Shown here: positions 48,267 through 60,995 of the stretch, piece after piece
Numbering within the stretch: the stretch's first letter is position 1
Layout of the letters: each line of letters opens with the position of its first letter
Assembly: GCA_035221665.1 (NCBI GenBank)
Contig: CM069146.1
Span: forward strand, 39,680,001 to 39,744,000
Length of the DNA: 64,000 nt
Direction of reading: 5' to 3'
Origin: Okamejei kenojei
Taxonomy: Eukaryota
Notes under the pieces: model-generated
Database searches by the model: none
What the model was told of the DNA's origin: nothing
The model's input: the letters and a program-made list of their open reading frames with translations, nothing else
Position numbers and translations under genes: made by a program

Positions 48267-51200
48267 GTCATTGTCCTGGTTTGAATCATACTTAAAGGGC
48301 CGTGAACAATGTGTTACAATTAATAGTGTGAGATCCACTTTTCTCAAAATTGTAACAGGGATCCCTCAGGGCACTGACTTGGGACCTATACTCTTCAGCC
48401 TCTACATCAACGATCTGCCAGATGTATGCCCAGATATAGGTCTACAGATGTATGCAGACGACACAGATGTATATAGTCGTGGATAGCACGTACAGATAGC
48501 ACAGTTGTATAGAAAGTCGTGGATAGCACGTACAGTGACTTGGTCACACCGCAGACAAAAGGTAGGAGGACAAGAAGGGAACAGGTGGCCAATAGCCAGC
48601 AAAGCAGTAGGCAGGCAGTGCAGGAGTCCCCTGCGGTCATCTCCCTCCTAAACAGGTATACCATTTTGGATACTGTTGAGGGAGATGGCTCATCAGGGGA
48701 ATGCAGCAGCAGCCAGGTTCATGGCACCATGGGTGGCTCTGCAGCACATGAGGGGGGAAAAAAGAGGGGAAGGGCAATAGTAATAGGGGATTCAATTGTC
48801 AGGGGAATAGATAGGCGTTTCTGCGGCCGCAAACGAGACTCCAGGATGGTATGTTGCCTCCCTGGTGCAAAGGTCAGGGATGTCACTGAACGGCTGCAGA
48901 ACATTCTGGAGGGGGAGGGTGAACAGCCAGTTGTCGTGGTGCATGTTGGCACCAACGATATAGGTAAAAAAAGGGATGAGGTCCTACAAGGTGAATTTAG
49001 GGAGCTAGGAGATAAACTTAAAAGTAGGACCTCAAAGGTAGTAATCTCCGGATTACTACCAGTACCACGGGCCATGTCAGAGTAGAAATAGGAGGATAAT
49101 GCAAATGAATACGTGGCTTGAAAAGTGGTGCAAGGGGGAGGGATTCAAATTTTTAGGGCACTGGGACCAGTTCTGGGGAGGTGGGACCGGTACAAACAGG
49201 ACGGTTTGCACCTGGAATGGAATGGAACCAATGTTCTTGGGGGAGTGTTTGCTAGTGCTGTCGGGGAGGATTTAAACTAATGTGGCAGGGGATGGGTACA
49301 AGAGCAGAGAGGCAGGAGGGTGTAAAATGAGGTAGAAGCATTAGGTAGCAAGGTGAAAGGTAAAAGTGGCAGGCAGACAAAACCAGGGCAAAAATCAAAA
49401 AGGGCCACTTTTCAGCAAAATTGTATAAGGGGTAAATGCGTTGTAAAGACAAGCCTGAAGGCTTTGTGTCTCAATGCAAGGAGTATTCGTAATAAGGTGG
49501 ACGAGTTGAACGTGCAGATAGATATTAATGATTATGATATAGTTGGGATCACGGAGACATGGCTCCAGGTGACGTAGGCTGGGAGCTGAACATCCAGGGA
49601 TATTCAATATTCAGGAGGGATAGAGAGAAAGGAAAAGGAGGTGGGGTAGCGTTGCTGGTTAGAGAGGAGATTAAAGCAATGGAAAGGAAGGACATTAGCT
49701 TGGAGGATGTGGAATCGGTATGGGTAGAGCTACAAAACACTAAGGGGCAGAAAACGCTGGTGGGTGTTGTGTACAGGCCACCTAACAGTAGCAGAGAAGT
49801 TGGGGATGGTATCAAACAGGAAATTAGAAATGCGTGCGACAAAGGCAAAACAGTTATAATGGGTGACTTCAATCTACATATAGATTGGGTTAATCAAATT
49901 GGCAGGGTGCTGAGGAAGAGGATTTTTTGGAATGTATGCGGGATAGTTATCTAAATCAACATGTACAGGAACCAACGAGAGAGCAGCTATTTTAGACTGG
50001 GTTTTGAGTAATGAGGAAGGGGTAATTAGCCGTCTTGTTGTACGTGCCCCCTTGGGCAAGAGTGACCATAATATGGTTGAGTTCTTCATTAGGATGGAGA
50101 GTGACATTGTTAATTCAGAAACAATGGTTCTGAACTTAAAGAAAGGTAACTTTGAGGGTATGAGACGTGAATTGGCCAAGATTGACTGGCAATTAATTCT
50201 AAAAGGGTTGACGGTGGATATACAATGGAAGACATTTAAAGACTGCATGGATGAACTACAAAAATTGTTCATCCCAGTTTGGCAAAAGAATAAATCGGGA
50301 AGGTAGTGCATCCGTGGATAACAAGGGAAATCAGGGATAGTATCAAAGCAAAGGATGATGCGTACAAAGTAGCCAGAAAAAGCAGCATACCAGAGGACTG
50401 GGAGAAATTCAGAGACCAGCAGAGGAGGACAAAGGGCTTAATTAGGAAAGGAAAAATAGATTATGAAAGAAAACTGGCAGGGAACATAAAACTGACTGCA
50501 AAAGTTTTTATAGATATGTGAAGAGAAAGAGGTTAGTTAAAACAAATGTAGGTCCCTTGCAGTCAGAAACAGGTGAGTTGATCATGGGAACAAGGATATG
50601 GCGGACCAATTGAATAACTACTTTGGTTCCGTCTTCACTAAGGAAGACATAAATAAATCTGCCTGAAATAGCAGGGGACTGTGGGTCAAAGGAGGAATTG
50701 AGTGAAATCCAGGTCAGTCGGGAAGTGGTGTTGGGTAAATTGAATAGATTAAAGGCCGATAAATCCCCAGGGCCAGATAGGCTGCATCCCAGAGTACTTA
50801 AGGAAGTAGCTCAGGAAATAGTGGGATGCATTAGTGATAATCTTTCAAAACTCTTTAGATTCTGGAGTAGTTCCTGAGATTGGCGGGTAGCAAATGTAAC
50901 CCCTCTTTTTAAGAAGGGAGGGAGAGAGAAAACGGGGAATTACAGACCAGTTTAGTCTAACATCGGTAGTGGGGAAACTGCTAGAGTCAGTTATTAAAGA
51001 TGGGATAGCAGCACATTTGGAAAGTGGTGAAATCATTGGACAAAGTCAGCATGGATTCACAAAAGGTAAATCATGTCTGACGAATCTTGTGGAATTTTTC
51101 GAGGATGTAACTAGTAGCGTGGATAAGGGAGAACCAGTGGATGTGGTATATATCTGGACTTCCAGAAGGCTTTCGACAAGGTCCCACATAAGAGATTAGT

Positions 51201-53398
51201 ATACAAACTTAAAGCATACGGTATTAGGGGTTCAGTATTGATGTGGATAGAGAACTGCTGGCAAACAGGAAGCAAAGAGTAGGAGTAAACGGGTCCTTTT
51301 CACAATGGCAGGCAGTAACTAGTGGGGTACCGCAGGGCTCAGTGCTGGGACCCCAGCTATTTACAATATATATTAATGATCTGGATGAGGAATTGAAGGC
51401 AATATCTCCAAGTTTGCGGATGACACTAAGCTGGGGGCAGTGTTCGCTGTGAGGAGGATGCTAGGAGACTGCAAGGTGACTTGGATAGGCTGGGTGAGTG
51501 GGCAAATGTTTGGCAGATGCAGTATAATGTGGATAAATGTGAGGTTATCCACTTTGGTGGCAAAAACAGGAAAGCAGACTATTATTTAAATGGTGGCCGA
51601 TTAGGAAAAGGGGAGATGCAGCGAGACCTGGGTGTCATGGTACACCAGTCATTGAAAGTAGGCATGCAGGTGCAACAGGCAGTGAAAAAAGCGAATGGTA
51701 TGTTAGCTTTCATAGCAAAAGGATTTGAGTACAGGAGCAGGGAGGTTCTACTTCAGTTGTACAGGGTCTTGGTGAGACCACACCTGGAGTATTGCGTGCA
51801 GTTTTGGTCTCCAAATCTGAGGAAGGACATTATTGCCATAGAGGGAGTGCAGAGAAGGTTCACCAGACTGATTCCTGGGATGTCAGGACTGTCTTATGAA
51901 GAAAGACTGGAAGACTCGGTTTATACTCTCTGGAATTTAGGAGATTAAGAGGGGATCTTATAGAAACTTACAAAATTCTTAAGGGGTTGGACAGGCTAAA
52001 TGCAGGAAGATTGTTCCCGATGTTGGGGAACTCCAGACAAGGGTCACAGCTTAAGGATAAGGGGAAATCCTTTAAGACCGAGATGAGAAAGACTTTCTTC
52101 ACACAGAGAGTGGTGAGTCTCTGGAACTCTCTGCCACAGAGGGTAGTTGAGGCCAGTTCATTGGCTATATTTAAGAGTGAGTTGGATGTGGCCCTTGTGG
52201 CTAAGGGGATCAGAGGGTATGGAGAGAAGGCAGGTACGGGATACTGAGTTGGATGATCAGCCATGATCATATTGAATGGCGGTGCAGGCTCGAAGGGCTG
52301 AATGGCCTACTCCTGCACCTAATTTCTATGTTTCTATATGCATCTGGTAAAACCTGTACTTTTGTGGCTGAGAAACTAATGCCAACTTCGACAAAATATC
52401 ATCTTGGCTGGCCTCATCTTGTTTAACATTAAACACTAAAAAGACAAACTCTGTCTGCTTCTCCATCAAAAAACTACCCCTAACAAACCTCCTCAATATA
52501 AAACCAATGGTGAGCTCATTGAACAAGTACCTGAAGTAAAGTATCTGGGAATAATTATAGACAATCAGTTGAACTTTAAAAGTCATATTAAGAAAATGTG
52601 TAAAACCATTAAGGCAAACTAGGGCTGTTTTATGATTATAAGAAACTGTTTGACTTTTAACTGTGCTTTTCTTTTCATGAATTCTATGATTCTCTCACAT
52701 ATATCTTATGGCTTAACCACATGGTCCCAGGCTCACCAGTCATCAATTAAGGCCATAGAGTGTCTCTATAACCGAGCCTTGAAAGACCAGGACAAAAAAA
52801 GAATAAGGTATCATCACTGTCAAATTCTAAGCAAATATAAGATCCTAAGTTTTGCTAACTTTATTTCCTTACATTTAGTTAAATTGGTCTTCAGGTGCCT
52901 AAATGGCGCTGCTCCCCAGCTGCTGTGCAAAACAATAACAAGACTGCAAGTGGTACCAGATCCACCACCCGAGCAGCGTCAAAAGGCAATTGTAGTATCC
53001 CCTTCTACAGAACATCTTTTGCTCAAACTGCCTTTTCAGTAAAAGGACAAAATTATGGAACTCACTGCCAGACCACTTGAAATGTATCCCTACATATGTC
53101 ACATTCAAAAGAAACACAAAATTGTGGCTAATTCAACAACAATCTTGTTCTCATATTTAGTTTTTACACTGTGCTCTCTCTGTATGTCTTTTTCTCTTTT
53201 CCATTTTGTATCTCATTTCCATTTTCCTATTTTTAATAATGTTAATCTGTAATATCATTTTTAACCAAAAGCCCTACTAGGGACAAGTGTTGCGAATTAG
53301 CTTTGGCTAAAAACACTATGATGCATAAATCAGATGACTGTTTCAAGTGTATCTATGTTTTTGTATCTGTCCCTATTTAAATAAACTTTAATCAATAA
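48267..53398 (+). mobile_element. 5'-truncated L2/Crack-like LINE (pieces 48267-48474 and 52335-53398)
   Basis: [13 protein letters not shown]...[21 protein letters not shown]...MYADDTDVY|ASGK...YLGII.DNQLNFKSHI...; AATAAA plus AATC-type tail; TSD TCAA at 48263-48266 and 53399-53402. Confidence 0.85.
48475..52334 (+). mobile_element. CR1 LINE copy 1 (5'-truncated in ORF1; SGNH-esterase ORF1 and APE-RT ORF2, frameshifted)
   Basis: ORF1 has GDSIVRG, HVGTND and DGLHL. ORF2 has [38 protein letters not shown] and FADD. Tail CTATGTTTC; TSD TATAT at 48470-48474 and 52335-52339. Confidence 0.95.
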
Positions 53399-53600
53399 TC
53401 AACAACAACAAGCCCCGGTTTATTGCAGAACTCAGACAGCTCCGACAGTCTAAAGAGGAGGCCTACAGGAGCAGGGATGCAGACCTCTACAGGCAGGCCA
53501 AGTACAAGCTGAGAAGAGGAATCTGAGCTGCCAAGGAAAGGTACTCTGAGAAGTTGAGGAGCAAGTTCTCAGCCTGAGACTCTTCTTCAGTTTGGAAGGG

Positions 53601-53897
53601 CCCACAGGAGCCGTTGGAAGAGGAGGAGGGGGAGGAGCGACACCCGACCGGTAAGCTATAAAATCAAGTGCGGGGCTTGTTTTTTCAGAGGCCCACAGGA
53701 GCCGTTGGAAGAGGAGGAGGGGGAGGAGCGACACCCGACCGGAAAGCTATAAAATCAAGCGCGGGGCTTGTTTTTACCTAAATCCATAACATTCCATTTG
53801 GAGAAGTGTTTTTTTTTGAGGAAGCCGCTGATTGGTGGGAAGTGGACTAGGGAAAGCAGCTGATTGGTGGGAAGTGGACTAGGGAATAGCAGCTGAT
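53601..53897 (+). repeat. Tandem repeats in the CR1 5' UTR: two ~91-bp units and ~2.3 31-bp units
   Basis: CCCACAGGAGCCGTTGGAAGAGGAGG... at 53601 and 53692; GCTGATTGGTGGGAAGTGGACTAGGGAA at ~53827 and ~53858. Confidence 0.9.
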
Positions 53898-56800
53898 TTA
53901 CAGTCAGATCCCAGCAGTTTGTAGTGATTTTATATTGTGTTGCTATTGTATCCTGTGTAGGGGGGGCAGTATGAAGGCCAGGGCAGTGTACTGTTCTGGA
54001 TGTCAGATGTGGGAGGTCAGGGAATCTGATAGCCCTCCAGACGTACACATCTGCGCCAGGTGTGTCGAGATGGGCCTCATAAAGGATCGTGTTAGGAACC
54101 TGGAGCAGCAGCTCGACGACCTCCGTCTGGTCAGGGAGAGTGAGGAGGTAATAGAGAGGAGCTACAGGGAGGCAGTCACTCCCAGACAACAGGAGGCAGA
54201 CAAGTGGGTCACGGTTAGGAAGGGCAAGGGGCAGAGGCAGGGGCTAGAGAGTACCCCTGTGACCGTACAACTGGAAAATAGGTACTCGGGTTTGAGTACG
54301 ATTGGAGGGGACAGCCTAGCTGGGGGCAACAACAGCGGCCGGGCCTCCGGCACAGAGACCGGCTCTGATGCTCAGAAGGGTAGCAAAAAGAGGAGGGCAA
54401 TTGTAATAGGGGACTCTATAGTTAGGGGGTCGGATAGGCGATTCTGTGGACGCAGTCTGGAGACCCGGATGGTAGTTTGCCTCCCTGGTGCCAGGGTCTC
54501 GCATGTGTCAGAACGTGTCCAAAAGATTCTGATAAGGGAGGGAGAGGAGCCTGATGTTGTGGTACACATAGGTACCAATGACATAGGCAGAAAAAGTGAC
54601 GAGGTCCTGAAGGGAGAATTTAGGGAGTTGGGGGGAAAGTTAAAGAGAAGGACCAAAAGGGTAACGATTTCAGGATTACTGCCTGTGCCGCGTGACAGTG
54701 AGATTAGGAATGAAATGAGGTGGAGGCTAAATGCGTGGCTGAGGGACTGGTGCAGTGGGCAGGGATTCAAGTTTCTTGATCACTGGGACCTCTTTTGGGG
54801 AAGGCATGATCTGTATGCAGAGGACGGGTTGCACTTGAACCCGAAGGGGACCAATATCCTGGCAGGGAGATTTGCAAAGGCTACTGGGGAGACTTTAAAC
54901 TAGAAAGGCTGGGGGGAGGGACTCGGGTAGAGGGGGCTAGGGGACAGGGTGTGGGGCAAGAGGCAGAGAAGGGAAGCACTCGGACCCAAAATGTAGGTGA
55001 GAAAGATGAAAAAGATAATAGACAGAGAATAAAGGATGGTGGGTTTCTAAAATGTGCATATTTTAATGCTAGGAGCATTGTAAGTAAGGTGGATGAACTT
55101 AGAGCCTGGATTGACACCTGGAAATATGATGTTGTGGCAATCAGTGAAACATGGTTGCAGGAGGGCTGTGATTGGAAAACTAAATATTCCAGGATTTCGT
55201 TGCTTCCGGGGTGATAGAATTGGAGGGACCAGAGGTGGAGGTGTTGCATTGCTTGTCAGAGAGGATATTACAGCAGTGCTTTGCAGGATAGATTAGAGGG
55301 TTCGTCTAGGGAGGCTATTTGGGTGGAACTGAGAAGTGGGAACGGTGTAGCAACACTTTTAGGGGTGTACTATAGACCGCCAAATGGGGGAGCGAGAATT
55401 GGAAGAGCAAATATGTAAGGAGATAGCAGATATTAGTAGTAAGCACAAGGTAGTGATTGTGGGAGATTTCAATTTCCCAAAAATAGACTGGGAAACACAT
55501 TCTGTAAATGGGCTGGATGGTTTGGAATTTGTAAAATGTGTGCAGGATAGTTTTTTTGCAGCAGTACATAGAGGTACCGACCAGAGAAGGGGCAGTGCTG
55601 GACCTCCTGTTAGGAAATGAGGCAGGACAGGTGACGGAGGTATGCGTTGGTGAGCACTTCGGGACCAGTGATCACAATACCATTAGTTTCAATATAATTA
55701 TGGAGCGAGTCAGAACAGGACCTAGAGCGGAGTGTTTTGATTGGAGAAAGGCTAACTTTGAGGGAATGCGTGAGGATTTTAAAGGAGTGAATTGGGACAC
55801 TTTGTTTCATGGGAAGGATGTAGAAGAGAAATGGAGGACATTTAAAGGGGAAATTGTAAGAGTACAGAATCTTTATGTCCCTGTTAGGTTGAAAGGAAAT
55901 AGTAAAAAATTGGAAAGAGCCATGGTTTTCAAGGGAAATTAGACACTTGTTTCGAAAAAAGAGAGATATCTACAATAATTATAGGAGGCATGGAGTAAAT
56001 GAGGTGCTAGAGGAGTATAAAGAATGTAAAAAGAATCTTAAGAAAGAAATTAGGAAGGCTAAAAGAAGATATGAGGTTGCTTTGGCAAGAAAGGTGAAAG
56101 TAAATCCAAAGGGTTTCTACAGCTATATTAATAGCAAAAGGATAACGAGGGATAAAATTGGACCATTTGAGAACCAGAATGGACAGCTATCTGCAGAGCC
56201 AAAAGAGATGGGGGAGATATTGAACAATTTCTTTTCTTCGGTATTCACCAAGGAGAAGGATATTGAACTCTGTGAGGTAAGGGAAAAAAGTAGAGTAGCT
56301 ATGGAAACTATGAGATTCAAAGAGGAGGAAGTACTGACACTTTTGAAAAATATAAAGGTGGATAAGTCTCCAGGTCCTGACAGGATATTCCCTAGGACAT
56401 TGAGGGAAGTTAGTGTAGAAATAGCAGGAGCTATGACAGAAATATTTCAAATGTCATTAGAAACGGGAATAGTGCCGGAGGATTGGCGTACTGCGCATGT
56501 TGTTCCATTGTTTAAAAAGGGTTCAAAGAATAAACCTAGCAATTATAGACCTATTAGTTTGACGTCAGTGGTGGGCAAATTAATGGAAAGGATACTTAGA
56601 GATAATATATATAAGCATCTGGATAAACAGGGTCTGATCAGGAACAGTCAACATGGATTTGTGCCTGGAAGGTCATGTTTGACAAACCTTCTTGAATTTT
56701 TTGAAGCGGTAACTAGGGAAATTGATGAGGGTAAAGCAGTGGATGTTGTCTATATGGATTTCAGTAAGGCCTTTGACAAGGTTCCCCATGGAAGGATGGT

Positions 56801-57844
56801 TCAGAAGGTTCAATCTTGGGTGTTAATGGCAGAGTAGCAAGATGGATTCAACAGTGGCTGAATGGAAGATGTCAGAGAGTAATGGTGGATGGCTGTTTTG
56901 TCAGGTTGGAAGCCGGTGACCAGTGGGGTGCCTCAGGGATCTGTGTTGGGTCCACTGTTGTTTGTCATGTACATCAATGATCTGGATGATGGGGTGGAAA
57001 ATTGGATAAGTAAGTATGCAGATGATACTAAGATAGGTGGTATTGTGGATAATGAAGTAGATTCTCAAAGTCTACAGAGAGATTTGGGCCATTTGGAAAA
57101 GTGGGCTGAAAGATGGCAGATGGAGTTTAATGCTGATAAGTGTGAAGTGCTACATCTTGGCAGGACAAATCAAAATAGGACGTACATGGTAAATGGTAGG
57201 GAATTGAGGAATGCTGTGGAACAGAGGGATCTAGGAATAACTGTGCATAGTTCCCTGAAGGTGGAATCGCATGTAGATAGGGTGGTAAAGAAAGCCTTTG
57301 GTGTGCTGGCCTTTATAAATCAGAGCATTGAATATAGGAGTAGGGAAGTAATGTTCAAATTGTACAAGGCATTGGTAAGACCAATTCTGGAGTATGGTGT
57401 ACAATTTTTGGTCGCCTAGTTATAGGAAGGATGTCAACAAAATAGAGAGAGTACAGAGGAGATTCACTAGAATGTTGCCAGGGTTCCAGCAACTATGTTA
57501 CAGAGAAAGGTTGAACAAGTTAGGTCTTTATTCTTTGGAGTGCAGAAGGTTAAGGGGTGACTTGATTGAGGTCTTTAAAATGATGAAAGGGATAACGTGA
57601 GGGGGAACTTCTTTACTCAGAGGGTGGTGGCTGTGTGGAATGAGCTTCCAGCAGAGGTGGTGGAGGCAGGATCGATTTTAACATTTAAAAGTAAAGTGGA
57701 TAGGTATATGGACGTGAAGGGAATGGAGGGGTATGGTCTGAGTGCAGGTAGATGGGACTAGGGGAAAACAAATGGTCGGCACGGACTGGAAGGGCCGAGA
57801 GGGCCTGTCTCCGTGCTGTAATTGTTATATGGTTATATGGTTAT
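53602..57844 (+). mobile_element. CR1 LINE copy 2 (different subfamily), with 5' UTR; ORF2 frameshifted with a 3' deletion at ~57595
   Basis: Repeat-containing 5' UTR, intact ORF1, APE-RT ORF2 (YADDTK), (TATATGGT)n tail, and TSD AAGGGC at 53596-53601 and 57845-57850. Confidence 0.95.
53971..54903 (+). CDS. CR1 ORF1p: zinc finger / coiled coil / SGNH esterase, intact 310 aa
   Basis: Starts at ATG 53971: CSGC...HICARC, coiled coil (IKDRVRNLEQQLDDLRL), GDSIVRG, PGA, HIGTND, DGLHL; no stops. Confidence 0.9.
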   Translation: MKARAVYCSGCQMWEVRESDSPPDVHICARCVEMGLIKDRVRNLEQQLDDLRLVRESEEVIERSYREAVTPRQQEADKWVTVRKGKGQRQGLESTPVTVQLENRYSGLSTIGGDSLAGGNNSGRASGTETGSDAQKGSKKRRAIVIGDSIVRGSDRRFCGRSLETRMVVCLPGARVSHVSERVQKILIREGEEPDVVVHIGTNDIGRKSDEVLKGEFRELGGKLKRRTKRVTISGLLPVPRDSEIRNEMRWRLNAWLRDWCSGQGFKFLDHWDLFWGRHDLYAEDGLHLNPKGTNILAGRFAKATGETLN

Positions 57845-58006
57845 AAGGGCTTGCAAGAAATTACCAGCTACAAGAGGAAAGCCCCCCGCTCTTTGGACAA
57901 TCGTCAGCTGACCAACGACCTGAATGAGTTCTACTGCAGGTTTGACAAGCAGAAACGTAACCCTGGTTACCCCCTCCCCCCCGTCCCCAACCAACACAGC
58001 CAGATC

Positions 58007-58285
58007 CCAGTCTGTAAAGAATGGACCTTTCTGCACCCACTCATCGCCATTCACCACTTCACACCTACTTAAAGCAAGATTCCAGTCTGAAAAGACTGGA
58101 CCCTTTCCCACCCCAACCAACACTTCACACCCACTCACAGCATGACCCCAGTCTGCAAAGACTGGTCCCTTCTACACCCACTCCTCCCCATTCACCACTT
58201 CACACCTACTGAAAGCAAGACTCCAGTCTGAAAAGACTGGACCCTTTCCCACCCACCCCTCTCCAATCACCACTTCACACCCAAT
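58007..58285 (+). repeat. Tandem array (75/66/75-bp spacing) with four CCAGTCT-GNAA-AGACTGG hairpins inside the Rex1 ORF
   Basis: Hairpins start at 58007, 58082, 58148 and 58223. Confidence 0.9.
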
Positions 58286-59019
58286 TACCAACGCCCTCCG
58301 TGTGGCACAACTTCACTTCTCCATCATCAACAATAAAAATAGAGGAGGTGGAGAGGTTTTTCAGAAGACAGAAAAGCCGGAAATTTCCAGGACCAGATAA
58401 TGTTTCCCCCTCTACTCTCAAGCTCTGTGCCGAATAACTGGCACCGGTCTACACAGACATTTTCAACCAGTCCCTGCAAACATGTACTGTCCCTGCCTGC
58501 TGCAAAATCTCCACTATTGTCCCTGTACCCAAAAAGGCAAGAATGACTGGTCTTAATGACTACAGGCCTGTCGCACTGACCTCTGTAGTCGTGAAGATCC
58601 TTGAAAGGCCCTGGCCACAAACTCTTTGAATCACTTCCCTCTGGAAGGCGACTCTGGACTGTCAAAGCTGCCACAGCCTGACATAAAAACAGCTTTTTTT
58701 CCATGAGTAGTAGTTTTACTCAACAACCAAAAATCTGTAGCCTCCTTTTGCTCTGGTATTGTATTTAATTCACTTGTTTAATCAATAATGTTTTATTATT
58801 AATGTTTAATGTTTTATGTATTGTTCTTAACTGTCACTGTATGTCATGTCACTTGTGGGCAGAGCACCAAGGCAAATTCCTTGTATGTGAATACTTGGCC
58901 AATAAACGTATTCATTCATTGATCCGAATCCTTGAATCCTGCATATATTTCATTACAGCCGGTCATTCTCCTCTTTGCTCTTTGTGGCTCATGACATTGG
59001 GGCGGTTTGAATTCATGTG

Positions 59020-59118
59020 GTTTCAGCGAGAATGTGCAAACTCCGTACAGACAGCACCCATAGTCAGGATAGAACCCGGGTCTCAGTCTCTGGCTCTGCC
59101 GTTATGCTACTGTGCTGC
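59020..59118 (-). mobile_element. HE1-like SINE fragment
   Basis: Reverse complement of GACCCGGGTTCTATCCTGACTATGGGTGCTGTCTGTACGGAGTTTGCAC. Confidence 0.7.
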
Positions 59119-60504
59119 CGATGCAATGAGATTTTATGAGAGAGGAGATGAGGCATTGTGGCAGGCCAAAGTGTCATCCCATCTTATATCATACCAGGCA
59201 TGTTAATTTTCATTGAGTGTGTCACCTTCGTGATCGCCATAAAATGGTGTTTTTAAAATGAATGTTAGGAAATGTTCTCTGTTGCTTGATTTATCTGTTG
59301 GATGGTGGCCACACTGCTGACAGCTGTGCTGCTTCAATAGCCAATGAGTCATTCATGTCTGAATTGGGCTGGTAAAGAGAGTATCACATATGACTGTTAT
59401 CATTGGTGATGATCACCCCATTGTTGATGGAGGCCGACTTTCTGTATCACAGCTGAATTGCTTCACAGGTGTAAGGATTATATTCAGAAAATCCATCAGG
59501 CACCCACCACTGGTTTAATTTTAGCTCCTGGCCAAGAACATAGGAAAGTCATAAAGTTAGTAAATGGAGGATAAACATAAAGTGCTGGCGTAACTTTGCG
59601 GGTCAGGCAGCACCTCTGGAGGAAAAGGATAGGTGACATTTTGGGTCAGAACCCTTTTTTAGTAAATGGATGGTCTGCTAACGTTAACATATGAGCTTTG
59701 TTAGTATACTGCGTATCTGCTTCCCAACCAAAATCACCGAAATAGTTATCAAAGTGTTGCTGACTGGACAACTGCCATGGTTCCTAGTTTAAGCAAGTGG
59801 ATCATTGGGGTTTGCAGCAAATTCACAGCCAGGGAGGGGTCCATGTGTGCAGCTGTCCTAGGTTTTCCTCGGACGACTTAATATAGCACTTTCTGGCCCA
59901 CAGCTAAATCAAACCTCTGAAACCTAGTCTGCTTTGTCCTGCTTGCTGTATCTGGCAGGGTTACCATCAGTAATCTCCCGCTCATGGTTCAGTTTTGAAA
60001 TAGCAATAATGTCCGTGTGGCATCATTCAAACCCATTTAGTCAGATAAATCAGAATGGAGTCAGCAATGATTGCAGTAAGTGTTGTATTTTCCCCTTGTG
60101 TGTAAGGTGCTGTTCTGTTTCATAGCAAGCATGAGCCTCCATGTAGAAAATGCAATGACATGCTGTGTCTGCAACATGTTGCTGGGTCCGATACATTATT
60201 TACTGCCATGCTCTATGACTCTATATATACTGCGGGCATATTTATAGGGAGAGGCTGGATGGACTGGGACATTTTTCTTTCGAGCACAGGAGGCTGAACA
60301 ATGAGAAGTGTAAAAACATGGATAAAGTGACCAGCCACAGTCTTTTAACCAGGGTAGATTATTCTAAAACTAAGGTGAGAATGGAGTAATGTAACAGGGA
60401 CCTCAGCAGCACCTTTTTCACTGAGATAGTCTTCAGAATTTGGAACGGACTACCAGAGGATGCTGTAGAAGCAGATAGAAATGCAACTTTCAAAATATAT
60501 TTAG

Positions 60505-60694
60505 CCGGTTGCTAGACACTTTAATTCTCCTTCCCATTCCACACAAACCTTTCTGTCCTAGGTCTCCCCCATTGTCAGAGTGAGGCTAAATGCAAATTGG
60601 TGGAAGAGCATCTCATATTTCGCTTGGGCAGCTTACAACCCAGTGGTATGTATATTAATTTCTCTAACTTCAGATAACCCTGGCATTACCTCTC

Positions 60695-60737
<43 letters not shown>

Positions 60738-60995
60738 CTCCCCCACCCAAGTTGCACTATCTTCTAATTTTCCCCAAAAAAACAGCTAACAATGGCCTGC
60801 TTTCTTTATCATTGTTACTTATTTGCATAACTTTCATTCATTGTTCTTTATCTCTCTACATCAATGTCTATATCTCTAATTCCCCTTATCCCTAACCAGC
60901 CTGAAGAAGGGTCTTGACCCGAAATGTTACCCATTTATTCTCTCCAGAGATGCTGCCTGTCCCGCTGAGTTACTCCAGCTGTATGTGTCTATCTT
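60505..60995 (+). mobile_element. Penelope-like element 3' end (GIY-YIG endonuclease C-terminus plus UTR with hammerhead-like core)
   Basis: PVARHFNSPSHS...LSVLGLPHCQSEAKCKL/EEHLIFRLGSLQPSGMYINFSNFR*, then (CT)n and CTGAAGAAGGGTCTTGACCCGAAATGTT at 60901. Confidence 0.8.

Larger units (their letters stand above)
46154..58920 (+). mobile_element. Rex1/Babar-clade LINE in four pieces (46154-47167, 47913-48266, 53399-53601, 57845-58920) with an internal RT deletion
   Basis: The spliced reading is continuous: RRRTRGKRSG...LPSIFLAN...CFIETWL...VYIPP...GDFNKANL...PKYR|HVTCPTRG..TLDHCY...SDH...RTWF|NNNKP...SSSVWKG|LQEITSYK...PGPDNV...[12 protein letters not shown]. It then jumps at ~58608 to the C-terminus; the tail is AATAAACGT(ATTC)n. 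Confidence 0.88.

Noticed and set aside
47899-48486. Single 195-aa ORF that looks like an EN-RT fusion
   Set aside because: Chance in-frame junction of the LTR end, the Rex1 endonuclease and the inserted L2 RT fragment.
58007-58285. CRISPR-like appearance of spaced palindromic repeats
   Set aside because: The spacers are homologous to each other, the context is a eukaryotic LINE ORF, and there are no cas genes.
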